DNA of 62,439 bases from an uncultured archaeon (GTDB lineage: Archaea > Iainarchaeota > Iainarchaeia > Iainarchaeales > 1-14-0-10-31-34): contig CAZSOZ010000006.1 of the NCBI GenBank assembly GCA_964608675.1, positions 1-62,439 of the forward strand, given 5' to 3'. The stretch's first letter is position 1. Every line of letters starts with the position of its first letter. The notes beneath the pieces are model-generated. The model was not told where the DNA came from. It saw only the letters and a program-made list of their open reading frames with translations, and did no database searches. Both the position numbers and the translations under genes were made by a program. Below, piece by piece: positions 17,648 through 26,445 of the stretch.

Positions 17648-18730
17648 GTGGTATATTTGAAAAGCGTAATTGAAGATGCTATGCAAAAAGGAGCAGCCAA
17701 AGTAGATGAAAGAATTGAAGAATTTGGCGCACCTAAAATTATGGTTATTGGAAGCGGAGGAGCAGGCTGTAATGCTGTAAACAGATTAGCTAATATGGGA
17801 GTATCTGGAGCCCAATTAGTTGCAGTTAACACAGACAAACAGCATTTATCAATAATCAACGACGAACTAACAAAAATTTTAATTGGAAAAAGCGTTACAA
17901 GAGGACTAGGAGCAGGAGGATACCCTGATGTTGGAGCCAAAGCAGCAGAAGTTTCAAGACAAGCTTTAGAAGAAGTTTTAAGCAACACTGACATGCTGTT
18001 TATTTCAGCAGGAATGGGCGGAGGAACAGGAACAGGAAGTGCTCCAATCATTGCAGAAATAGCTAAAGAACAAGGTGCAATAGTTATTGCAATCGTAACT
18101 TATCCTTTTGCTTTAGAGAAAGCAAGATTAGTTAAAGCAGAAGAAGGAATAGAAAACTTAAGAGCAAACACTGACACAGTTGTAGTAATAGACAATAATC
18201 GTTTAGTTGGTTTGGTTCCAAATCTGCCAATACAGGATGCATTCAAAGTAGCAGACGAAGTAACAGCAAGAACAGTAAGAGGAATAACCGAAACAATTAC
18301 ACAACCATCATTAATTAACTTAGACTTTGCAGACGTTAGAAGTGTAATGGGAAACAAAGGATTAAGCGTAATTGCAGTCGGAGAATCAAAGTCAGTCAAC
18401 AAAGTAGACGAAGTAGTTGAAGACACACTCAAAAACGTTTTATTAGATGTTGATTTCTCTGGTGCAACAGGAGCATTAATTCACATAACCGGAGGACCTG
18501 AACTAACTTTAGGTGAAGCAAACGGAGTAGGCGAACTATTAACAGACAGCATTGACCCAAAATCAACAGTAATCTGGGGAGCAAGAGTTGACCCAACCTT
18601 TGAAAACAAGCTGGAAGTAATTTCAATTTTTACCGGAGTACATTCACCTTACATTAAATCTCCAAACACAATTCCTGCACAAAGTTCAAACAGATTAAGC
18701 AAAAGCGACATGGACTTAGGATATATTTAA
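17648..18730 (+). CDS. ftsZ: cell division protein FtsZ (FtsZ2-like N-terminus)
   Basis: GGAGCNAV, GMGGGTGTG, INLDFAD; start may be TTG 17657 after SD GGGGTG. Confidence 0.98.
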   Translation: MVYLKSVIEDAMQKGAAKVDERIEEFGAPKIMVIGSGGAGCNAVNRLANMGVSGAQLVAVNTDKQHLSIINDELTKILIGKSVTRGLGAGGYPDVGAKAAEVSRQALEEVLSNTDMLFISAGMGGGTGTGSAPIIAEIAKEQGAIVIAIVTYPFALEKARLVKAEEGIENLRANTDTVVVIDNNRLVGLVPNLPIQDAFKVADEVTARTVRGITETITQPSLINLDFADVRSVMGNKGLSVIAVGESKSVNKVDEVVEDTLKNVLLDVDFSGATGALIHITGGPELTLGEANGVGELLTDSIDPKSTVIWGARVDPTFENKLEVISIFTGVHSPYIKSPNTIPAQSSNRLSKSDMDLGYI

Positions 18731-18780
18731 AGAACAAGACTAACCTTGTTCTTTTCTTTTTCTTATTTTTTCTTTTATTT
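18730..18780 (+). terminator. hairpin plus T-tract after ftsZ
   Basis: aagaacaag-actaac-cttgttctt followed by T-rich run. Confidence 0.55.
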
Positions 18781-19030
18781 AATAAAACAATTAAAAAAAA
18801 AAGAATTCAACTGAAAATTTTATTAACTCAATTTTTTAATGCAACCACTCTATATTTTTAATGAAAAAATGAAGTTAAGGAAAAAAAAATTATTTTGAAT
18901 GCTTTAGTTTATGCAAAAAAAAAATCAGTTTTTAAAGTTTTGCATTAACAATTACATAACAAATTTTAATTTTTTTTTTAGGAGCAGTTTTATTTTATGT
19001 CAGGTTTCATGAAGGTGAATTATATGGAGG

Positions 19031-19453
19031 ATGACGACAGTGATCAACACAGAATTTCACAAAGGAATCCATATAATTGCAGATTTATGGGATTGTACTC
19101 CTGAAAAACTTTTTTTTGTTTCAGAAGTAAAAAAAACCATGAACAAAGCTGTTTCTGAAAGCAAATTAACTTCCTTAAAAGACTATTTTTTTCAGTTTAA
19201 TCCTGTTGGCGTCACAGGAGTCTGTGTTTTAAGCCAAAGCCATTTTTCAATTCACACTTGGCCTGAAAAAAATTTTGCATCCATAGACATTTTTACCTGC
19301 GGTCCGCCTGAACAAGCATTAAAAGCATTTGAAACATTATGCAATGAATTAAAGCCAAAAAGAATTGAAAAAAAATTTTTAGAAAGAATGGATGAACAAA
19401 ATTCCATTAATTCTTTTGAACCAGAAATTCCCCTGATTATAGAAAAAAAATAA
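19031..19453 (+). CDS. speD: S-adenosylmethionine decarboxylase proenzyme family (pyruvoyl)
   Basis: HIIADLWDC, GVTGVCVLSQSHFSIHTWPE, DIFTCG. Confidence 0.88.
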   Translation: MTTVINTEFHKGIHIIADLWDCTPEKLFFVSEVKKTMNKAVSESKLTSLKDYFFQFNPVGVTGVCVLSQSHFSIHTWPEKNFASIDIFTCGPPEQALKAFETLCNELKPKRIEKKFLERMDEQNSINSFEPEIPLIIEKK

Positions 19454-20896
19454 TTACAAAAACAAAGGCAAAGCATTCAAAACAAACAAAGCAATTACTC
19501 CATAAAATAATGCCTTCATTATAAAGTCTTCCTTGTTTTTTTTGTTTGTCTTCCAAAAACCAAAATAAGAAGGAAAAATTACTCTTGCAATTCTTCCCCC
19601 ATCAAAAGGTTCAATCGGAATAAAATTCACTATAGCAACAAGCAAAGAAAGAATAACCAGCCATTTAAAAAAATCAAAGAAAAAATAATGAAAATAAATA
19701 AATACTGACTCAAAAAAAGAGTATTCTTCTTTAAGAATTTCTTCAGTTGAAAAACCAAATCTCCCCATTTCGTTTCTCTTCAAAGAAAATTCTTTTTGGA
19801 TTCCATTTTCTTCAACAACAAAAAAGAAATTATCCTCTAATTCTTTTCCCTGATAAGCCTTAGATAAATCTTCAAGCAATTCAATTTTTACTCCGTTCAC
19901 TTCCTTTAAAATCATTCCTTCTTCAAACACGCCGAAAGCAGGACTTTCAAATTGTTCTCCGCACAAAACAATTTTTTCTTCAACATCAGTTATTTGAATA
20001 CCTTTTACATGCATTCTTTTAATTGATTCAATTTGAGGAGAAACAAAAGGAACTACAATCAAAGAAGCAATCAAAAAGAAAATAATCCAAAAAACAAGAA
20101 TTGAAAACAAGTTTGCAGCAGGACCAGCAGAATAAACTTTTAACTGCTTTAATGGTTCAGCTTTTTTCACCTGCTCTTCGTTTGGTTCAACAAAAGCTCC
20201 AATTGGAAGAAAACCCAATAAAAGCAGACCTGAACTTTTGACTTCAAATCTTTCTTTTCTTGCAGTTATTCCATGAAAACCTTCATGAACAACCAAAATA
20301 ATTAGCAAAGAAATCCATGCATGCAAAGGAATAACCAAAGGAACATTTGGAACCTCTACACCAGGAATAACCGGAGCAATTCCAGGACAAGCTTTTACTC
20401 CTAATAAAGTCTTTGAAATAATATCCACTGCAGTTATTGCCAAAGAAAACAAAACAAATCCTGCAAAACCAGTTAAAGCAAAAATAAAACTCAATAAATT
20501 TACTCCAAAAAAGTTTGTGTATGCTTCAGTTAAAAAAGTTTCTGCAGAAAAAATTCCAAAAACAAATTCAAAAACAAAATACAAAAAAACAATTGAAATA
20601 ACCCATAAACTAAATCTTTTAATTTTGCTTAATTTTTTTCCGTACAAAAAATCAACTGCAATTAAACCAAAACCTAAAACCAAGCCTGCAGTTGAAATTA
20701 TGTCAATAAATTTTTCGTGTTTAGAAAATTTTTCAAAAACAGGGTTTGCTTTAGTGGTTTTATAAATTGAACCCACAAAAAAAGTCTGGCTTGAAGTAAA
20801 TTTTTTTATAATCCAAGTAAAAATAACTGAAACAACAAGAAATAATCCAATCCAAAAAAAAATGTTTGACATTAATTCCTCTAACATAAACAACAC
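19454..20896 (-). CDS. site-2 protease (M50) with PDZ-like insert
   Basis: HEGFH, AGPAAN, NFIPIEPFDGG. Confidence 0.92.
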   Translation of the reverse strand: MLFMLEELMSNIFFWIGLFLVVSVIFTWIIKKFTSSQTFFVGSIYKTTKANPVFEKFSKHEKFIDIISTAGLVLGFGLIAVDFLYGKKLSKIKRFSLWVISIVFLYFVFEFVFGIFSAETFLTEAYTNFFGVNLLSFIFALTGFAGFVLFSLAITAVDIISKTLLGVKACPGIAPVIPGVEVPNVPLVIPLHAWISLLIILVVHEGFHGITARKERFEVKSSGLLLLGFLPIGAFVEPNEEQVKKAEPLKQLKVYSAGPAANLFSILVFWIIFFLIASLIVVPFVSPQIESIKRMHVKGIQITDVEEKIVLCGEQFESPAFGVFEEGMILKEVNGVKIELLEDLSKAYQGKELEDNFFFVVEENGIQKEFSLKRNEMGRFGFSTEEILKEEYSFFESVFIYFHYFFFDFFKWLVILSLLVAIVNFIPIEPFDGGRIARVIFPSYFGFWKTNKKNKEDFIMKALFYGVIALFVLNALPLFL

Positions 20897-20928
20897 AAAT
20901 AATTCAAATACCTTAATTCATTTTTTAT

Positions 20929-21324
20929 TTATTCTCTTAATTTAATTTCCAGTTCTTTTTCCAGTTTTTTTATTACTTTGTCTGATGGCTTGAATTTTTC
21001 TGCTTCAATTCTCTGCACAACAGATTCTTTTTCAAAAATTTTTTTAGCTAAATCCTTTAATTTTAATCCTTTTTTTTGGCGGGCCTGCATTATTTTTTTT
21101 CCAAAGCTTTCAACTAAATCAGATGCTTCAAGACCTGCAGAAGAAAAAGTTTTATTTGAAAAAAAATTTTTTTTAACTGTATTTTTTCTTTCAAAAACCT
21201 GTTCGTCAGGCAGTTCAATTGTTTTTCCAAGGGAAGTGCACGAATCACATACATCAAATTGTGTTCCGTCAATTAAAACAGTTTTTGGCTTAAAGAGTTC
21301 TTTTCCGCATATCTCACAATTCAT
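20929..21324 (-). CDS. archaeal multiprotein bridging factor aMBF1 (TIGR00270-like)
   Basis: CEICG..VCDSC zinc ribbon plus Cro HTH; divergent from pan. Confidence 0.92.
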   Translation of the reverse strand: MNCEICGKELFKPKTVLIDGTQFDVCDSCTSLGKTIELPDEQVFERKNTVKKNFFSNKTFSSAGLEASDLVESFGKKIMQARQKKGLKLKDLAKKIFEKESVVQRIEAEKFKPSDKVIKKLEKELEIKLRE

Positions 21325-21421
21325 TTAAACCAACCTCTTTCCAACCTTTTTTAATCTATAAGTAAATAAAGCAGTTATTCTTTTATTGATTGCTTTTATA
21401 TTAGTTTTTAAGTGAATTGAA

Positions 21422-22609
21422 ATGAATGAAGATAATCAAAGCACAATGGCAAGAAAGCCTCCTGTATTTGACATTTACGATTACGTAACAAAATTAGAAG
21501 AACAAGTAAGGTTATTGCAGACAGAAAAAAATTTAATTAAATCAAAAAACAATCAAATGGAAACAGAATTCCGAAAAATGAAAAAAGAAGTAGAAGAAAT
21601 GAGAAAACCTCCTTTGATTGTAGGAATCGTTCAAGAAAAAAATTCAGACAATACTGCAATAGTAAAAAATTCAAACGGCTTAGAATTTTTAGTTGAATTC
21701 GATGAAATTCATTCTCCTTTAATTAAAACTGGTTCACGGGTTGCCATGAATCAAAGAAGCTTAAGGATTACAAGAGTTTTAACTGACATAAAGGATCCAA
21801 GAGCAAGAGCCATGGAAGTAATAGAAAAACCTGATGCAGGATTTAATTCAGTTGGCGGACTAAAAAAAGAAATACTTGAATTAGAAGAAGCAGTTATTCT
21901 TCCTTTATTGTCTCCTGAAAAATTTGATAAATTTGGAATTGATGCTCCGTCAGGAATTTTATTGCACGGAGAAACAGGAACAGGAAAAACTTTGCTGGCA
22001 AAAGCAATTGCAAAAAAAACTAATTCTACTTTCATTAAAATCACTGCATCAGAATTAGTAAGAAAATACATTGGAGAAGGAGCAGGATTAGTAAGAGATG
22101 TATTCAAATTAGCAGAAGAAAAAAAGCCTTCAATTATTTTTATTGACGAAATAGATGCAATTGGAACCATGCGTTCAGATGAAACTTCAGGCGGAGACAG
22201 AGAAGTTCAAAGAACTTTAATGCAATTGTTGTCTGAAATGGACGGCTTCAAAAAAAGAAAAAACATTGCAATTCTTGGAGCAACAAACAGAATTGATGTA
22301 ATTGATCCCGCTTTATTGAGGCCTGGCAGATTTGATCGAATTGTTGAAGTTCCCTTGCCTGACATAAATGAAAGAGAAGAAATTTTTGCAATTCATTCAG
22401 CTTCAATGCCATTAAATGACATTAATTTACGAAAATTAGCTGAATTAACTGAAGGAAGTTCAGGAGCAGAAATTAAAGCAATTTGTATGGAAGCAGGAAT
22501 TCTTGCTTTAAGAGAAGACTCTGATTTTATTTCACAAAAACATTTCTTGAATGCAATAGAAAAAGTTTTAGGTTCAGAAGAAAAAAACGAAGAAAAAATG
22601 TTTAGTTAA
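21422..22609 (+). CDS. pan: proteasome-activating nucleotidase
   Basis: coiled coil-PP-OB, GETGTGKT, KYIGEG, FIDEIDA, REVQRT, LLRPGRFDR. Confidence 0.96.
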   Translation: MNEDNQSTMARKPPVFDIYDYVTKLEEQVRLLQTEKNLIKSKNNQMETEFRKMKKEVEEMRKPPLIVGIVQEKNSDNTAIVKNSNGLEFLVEFDEIHSPLIKTGSRVAMNQRSLRITRVLTDIKDPRARAMEVIEKPDAGFNSVGGLKKEILELEEAVILPLLSPEKFDKFGIDAPSGILLHGETGTGKTLLAKAIAKKTNSTFIKITASELVRKYIGEGAGLVRDVFKLAEEKKPSIIFIDEIDAIGTMRSDETSGGDREVQRTLMQLLSEMDGFKKRKNIAILGATNRIDVIDPALLRPGRFDRIVEVPLPDINEREEIFAIHSASMPLNDINLRKLAELTEGSSGAEIKAICMEAGILALREDSDFISQKHFLNAIEKVLGSEEKNEEKMFS

Positions 22610-22882
22610 ACCATCACACTCGTTTTGTGTGCAGACACTATCTTCCCTCAATAGAGCTTCCAAAAAAAAAAGATAACCCTCTTAGAACCAAGGAAAAAAC
22701 TAATTTTTTTCTTAGAATTGATTAAAACAATAAATTCAGGATAGAAAATAGGAGGAAAGAAAGGATTCTTTCCTCAATTCTAAGAGAGTTGGTTTGAACT
22801 CAGAAAAGAAATTGGGATAGGCTCACCTTCCAAGTTCAAATTAACGTATAATATTGGTGCATACGTTATATATAAACCTAAC

Positions 22883-22891
22883 GCATGTAAA
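22883..22891 (+). repeat. 9-bp target site duplication, left
   Basis: gcatgtaaa, repeated at 27624-27632. Confidence 0.92.
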
Positions 22892-22968
22892 GGGCTTGTA
22901 GATAAATAGGGAAATAGTGGCTTCTGTAGATAAATTAATTTAAAATAACTAATTTTCTAAATTATTAT

Positions 22969-23367
22969 ATGGCTGACAATTTGACTAAAACTCAGAGAAG
23001 CAAGTGTATGTCAAATATCAAAAGTAAATGGACTATTCAAGAAAGAAAAGTGCATAATTGCTTGAAAGGAAATAAAATAATGCATAAAATGCACCCTAAA
23101 ATTGAAGGAAACCCAGACATGATTTTAACTAACAGCAACACAGCTGTCTTCCTGCAGGGTTGTTTTTGGCATAACTGTCCTGCCTGTTATGTGGCTCCAA
23201 AAAGCAACACAAAATACTGGCTACCTAAAATAAAAAGAAATGTTGAAAGAGACAAGCTAAATGCAAAAGTACTTAAATCACAAGGATATAATGTAATCAC
23301 AATATGGGAACATGAAATCAAAAAAGACTTGAACTCTGCAATTAATAAGATGATTCAGAATGACTGA
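22969..23367 (+). CDS. vsr: very short patch repair endonuclease
   Basis: MADNLTKTQRSKCMSNIKSK, GNPD, GCFWH, VITIWEHE. Confidence 0.95.
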   Translation: MADNLTKTQRSKCMSNIKSKWTIQERKVHNCLKGNKIMHKMHPKIEGNPDMILTNSNTAVFLQGCFWHNCPACYVAPKSNTKYWLPKIKRNVERDKLNAKVLKSQGYNVITIWEHEIKKDLNSAINKMIQND

Positions 23368-24199
23368 AGAATTAAACAAAAAAGAAGCAATTGAATTTCT
23401 TGGAATTCCTCCTAAACACTTTGAAAACTACTTAAAAAACAGTGGAGAAATAAAAGGTTTCAAAATTAAAAACAGATGGTATTTCAAAAAAGACGAACTT
23501 GAAAGATGGGAAAAATTGAGAAAAGACAGAAGAATTATTCTTAGTTTAAAGGAATATGAAAAATGCTTTGAATTTGCCATTAAAATGGCTTACAGCACTA
23601 AAGCAAGACACGGCACAGGAATAAGAGGCATGAGAAGCGAAGTACAGATGGCAGATGATTTTATTTTAGGAATTTTAGCTGAACACGGTCTTAAAAAATT
23701 CCTGCAGGAAAAGTTCGGAGTAAAAATAAAACTTGATATGGAAGTTCATCCTGCGTATATAACTCCTCAAGACATTGACAAAATAATGGAGAACGGCAAA
23801 GAAAGAGAGCCACATCTCAAAGTAGCAGTAAAATCAAGCAAAATTAAAAACTGCTTTAATATACTTGACCCCTTAGAATATGAAAATGAAAATAGGAAGT
23901 CTGATATTTATGTTTTTGTAAGAGTGGGGCTTCCATCAGACCATTTATTTAGAATATTGAGAGAACATTCATTTTTTAAAAACGCAAAAGATTTTCTTGA
24001 AAAATCAGAAGGGTTCAAAAAAATAAAAGAACTAAAAGAAATCCCAATTTGGATTTGCGGATTCTCGTATCATTCTGAACTGGAAAAGGTAACTGAAATT
24101 CCTGGACAGAAATTTGATAATGGATTTAGATATGTTAAAAGTGTAGCAAACATGCATAATTTAACTGAAGAATGGAGCGGACTGCTTAAAAAACTATAA
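23360..24199 (+). CDS. putative type II restriction endonuclease with N-terminal excisionase-like HTH
   Basis: LNKKEAIEFLGI...G.I...K...RWYF HTH; E...D...xK PD-(D/E)xK-like pattern; lies between vsr and C5 MTase. Confidence 0.7.
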   Translation: MTEELNKKEAIEFLGIPPKHFENYLKNSGEIKGFKIKNRWYFKKDELERWEKLRKDRRIILSLKEYEKCFEFAIKMAYSTKARHGTGIRGMRSEVQMADDFILGILAEHGLKKFLQEKFGVKIKLDMEVHPAYITPQDIDKIMENGKEREPHLKVAVKSSKIKNCFNILDPLEYENENRKSDIYVFVRVGLPSDHLFRILREHSFFKNAKDFLEKSEGFKKIKELKEIPIWICGFSYHSELEKVTEIPGQKFDNGFRYVKSVANMHNLTEEWSGLLKKL

Positions 24200-24200
24200 T

Positions 24201-25142
24201 TCAAAGAACTTTTTTCATCTCTATTGCTATTCTTTCCACTAAAGGAACAGTAACACTATTCCCTGCCTGATGATAAAGTTTGCTGTCAGCAAGTTCTGGA
24301 AGCTTAAATTCTTCTGGAAATCCCTGCAACAAAAAGCATTCTTTAGGAGTTAATTTTCTTATTCCTTTGCTGTTTTTTATTATTGGGACATTATGTCCGC
24401 CAAGCCCCATGTTTGCTGTAAGAGTTGGTACAACACCTTTTTTGTTTTCTCTGACGTATTTTCTTCTCCATTGATAAACAGTGTTTTTTGAATTTACATC
24501 ATTTTTTATTCTATCAAATAAAGGTTTGTCGTTGTAATAGTATTTGTCTTCTGCTTCATTTGCAGTGTAATCTCTGAAGCTTTTTGTAAGAGGCGTTTTA
24601 TTTGGGAACCTAAAGTTTTCAAACTGTTTTTTATTTTTGAATCCTGCAATAAAGATTCTTTCTCTGTTTTGAGGAAGATTAGCATGAGTCATGCTGTTTA
24701 AAATCTCACTTGCTGTGTAGTAACCCAAATCATATTCCAAAGTTTTGTTTATTATTCTAAATGTTTTTCCTTTATCGTGTCCTTTTAAGTTTTTTACATT
24801 TTCAAGCAGAAAGGCTTCTGGTTTTCTTTCTTCCAATATTTCTGCAATTCTAAAAAACAAGTTTCCTCTGCCTTTCTCATCTCTAAAGCCTTGCCTATAA
24901 CCTGCAATGCTGAAGGCTTGGCACGGAAAACCGCCAAGCAGAACATTAAAGTCAGGTAGTTCTTCTATTGGAACATCCCAAACGCTTCTTGTGTCAAGTT
25001 GTGGATTAGAAAAATTTAAGTCATAAGTTTCCTTACAGGATTTATCAAAGTCATTGGCAAAAACTGTTTGAAATCCAACTCTTTCAAAACCAAAACGGAT
25101 TCCGCCAATGCCTGCAAATAAATCAACAGTTCTTAGTTTCAT
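24201..25142 (-). CDS. DNA (cytosine-5) methyltransferase
   Basis: DLFAGIGG, GFPCQ, ENVK, QNRER, QAGNSV; ATG 25142 preferred. Confidence 0.97.
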   Translation of the reverse strand: MKLRTVDLFAGIGGIRFGFERVGFQTVFANDFDKSCKETYDLNFSNPQLDTRSVWDVPIEELPDFNVLLGGFPCQAFSIAGYRQGFRDEKGRGNLFFRIAEILEERKPEAFLLENVKNLKGHDKGKTFRIINKTLEYDLGYYTASEILNSMTHANLPQNRERIFIAGFKNKKQFENFRFPNKTPLTKSFRDYTANEAEDKYYYNDKPLFDRIKNDVNSKNTVYQWRRKYVRENKKGVVPTLTANMGLGGHNVPIIKNSKGIRKLTPKECFLLQGFPEEFKLPELADSKLYHQAGNSVTVPLVERIAIEMKKVL

Positions 25143-25311
25143 ATAACCCATAATACTTTTGTTCAATTGTTTTTAAAAGTAACTAAGGTATTCTGCCGAT
25201 GAAACTCATTGTTTTTTGGTAAAAAAAAGCAGCATACAGTAGCTACAGCAACTTGTATAGACAGGGTACAAATTAGAGGGGTTTATATTCTTTTTGTATG
25301 GAGAGATTATT

Positions 25312-26097
25312 ATGAAAAAAGAAAAAAAAATTGATATCAAGTTACCAAGCGATACTGCTAAAGTAACAGTAGAGTATTTAAAGAAATATTGCGATGCAGT
25401 TGCCAAAACAGGGAAAAACTTTGAATTCAAGGACTTACAAAAACAAAGCTTGCCTCATAAAAGCGAAGACCCTATAAGAAGAAATCTTGCCTATTTAAAG
25501 TATTTAGGGTTTTTAGAAGAAAAAAGAGAAAAAATATCTAAAGAAGGGAAGAAAAAGAAGGTTCAAAGATTTAATCAGAAAAACGATCCGTTAGTCAAAG
25601 ACTATTTTTATTATTTAGTTTCTGGAAGAAACAATGATGCAGAAAGCTTATGGAAAAGAATAATTGGCAGACACCCTCTTTCTAAGTTCATACTTGCTGA
25701 GTTATTCAAAGAAAGAGAAATAGCGACAATTGATGATTTAGAAGACATCTTAAGAAAACAGGATAACAGCAGTAGCAATGCCAGATATTATAAAAACGGG
25801 GCTTATTTTGTTGGAACTTTGCTGGAAGATATAGAAATAGTAGATTTTGACAAAGTAAGTGAGAAATTTAAACTAAACGAAGAGAAAGTAAAAAAAGCAA
25901 TAGAAGAAAAACAAGAAGAAAGAACTGTAACAGAAGAAATTTCAGTGGGATTAAAAGAAAACCTTGAAAAAGGAGAAGTTTATCTGGTTTCTATAAAAGG
26001 AGCTGATCTTAACTTTGATTTCAAAGTGAGGAATAAAGAAGACTTAGAAGATGTAAAAACAATAATAAAAATTATGGAAAAGAAGATTAAATTATAA
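25312..26097 (+). CDS. hypothetical protein, transposon cargo
   Basis: about 260-aa ORF, possible winged-helix segments; no family recognised. Confidence 0.65.
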   Translation: MKKEKKIDIKLPSDTAKVTVEYLKKYCDAVAKTGKNFEFKDLQKQSLPHKSEDPIRRNLAYLKYLGFLEEKREKISKEGKKKKVQRFNQKNDPLVKDYFYYLVSGRNNDAESLWKRIIGRHPLSKFILAELFKEREIATIDDLEDILRKQDNSSSNARYYKNGAYFVGTLLEDIEIVDFDKVSEKFKLNEEKVKKAIEEKQEERTVTEEISVGLKENLEKGEVYLVSIKGADLNFDFKVRNKEDLEDVKTIIKIMEKKIKL

Positions 26098-26106
26098 AAA
26101 GTTAAT

Positions 26107-26180
26107 GCGACAGTAGGAAAATGGCAATCCACCGACCCTCATCAAGTTGGAGACTGCAGGTTCAAATCCTGCCTGCCGCA
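26107..26180 (+). tRNA. atypical tRNA-Met(CAT)-like gene inside the transposon, possibly pseudo
   Basis: GCGACAG/CTGCCGC (one mismatch), GGA/TCC D stem, CCGAC-CCTCATCAA-GTTGG, GCAGG-TTCAAAT-CCTGC, A73. Confidence 0.7.
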
Positions 26181-26231
26181 ATTAAAGACATGATTAATAT
26201 GTGTATAGAAATATTTAAATACGATGGTTAA

Positions 26232-26369
26232 TCAACTTTTAAGCCATTGTTTAACGGCTTTTTCTACAGCAATACTTATTGACCCTTTTTTAAAACCAAA
26301 CTTTTCAGCAGCTTTTTTTCTTAAAGCTTTTTCTGTCGCGTCTGAAAAAACTATTTGCATTCTGCCCAT
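26232..26369 (-). CDS. ribbon-helix-helix DNA-binding protein, 45 aa
   Basis: Manual translation MGRMQIVFSDATEKALRKKAAEKFGFKKGSISIAVEKAVKQWLKS*; divergent from transposase. Confidence 0.8.
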   Translation of the reverse strand: MGRMQIVFSDATEKALRKKAAEKFGFKKGSISIAVEKAVKQWLKS

Positions 26370-26371
26370 AA

Positions 26372-26445
26372 AACCACATATGTATATACACACTTGTGTT
26401 TATAAACCTTTCATCACATATGTGTATATGTGTATAAGTGATTAA
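26372..26445. promoter_or_regulatory. divergent RHH/transposase promoter region with repeated atatgtgtata-like sites
   Basis: atatgtgtata at 26418 and 26426 (also 26197); acatatgt palindromes either side of tttataaa. Confidence 0.55.

Noticed and set aside
26136-26145. TCA anticodon (opal suppressor or Sec tRNA)
   Set aside because: CAT is centred in the loop after CT; no long variable arm or extended Sec acceptor stem
26224-26445. Listed 73-aa plus-strand ORF
   Set aside because: Shadow of the minus-strand RHH gene and promoter region
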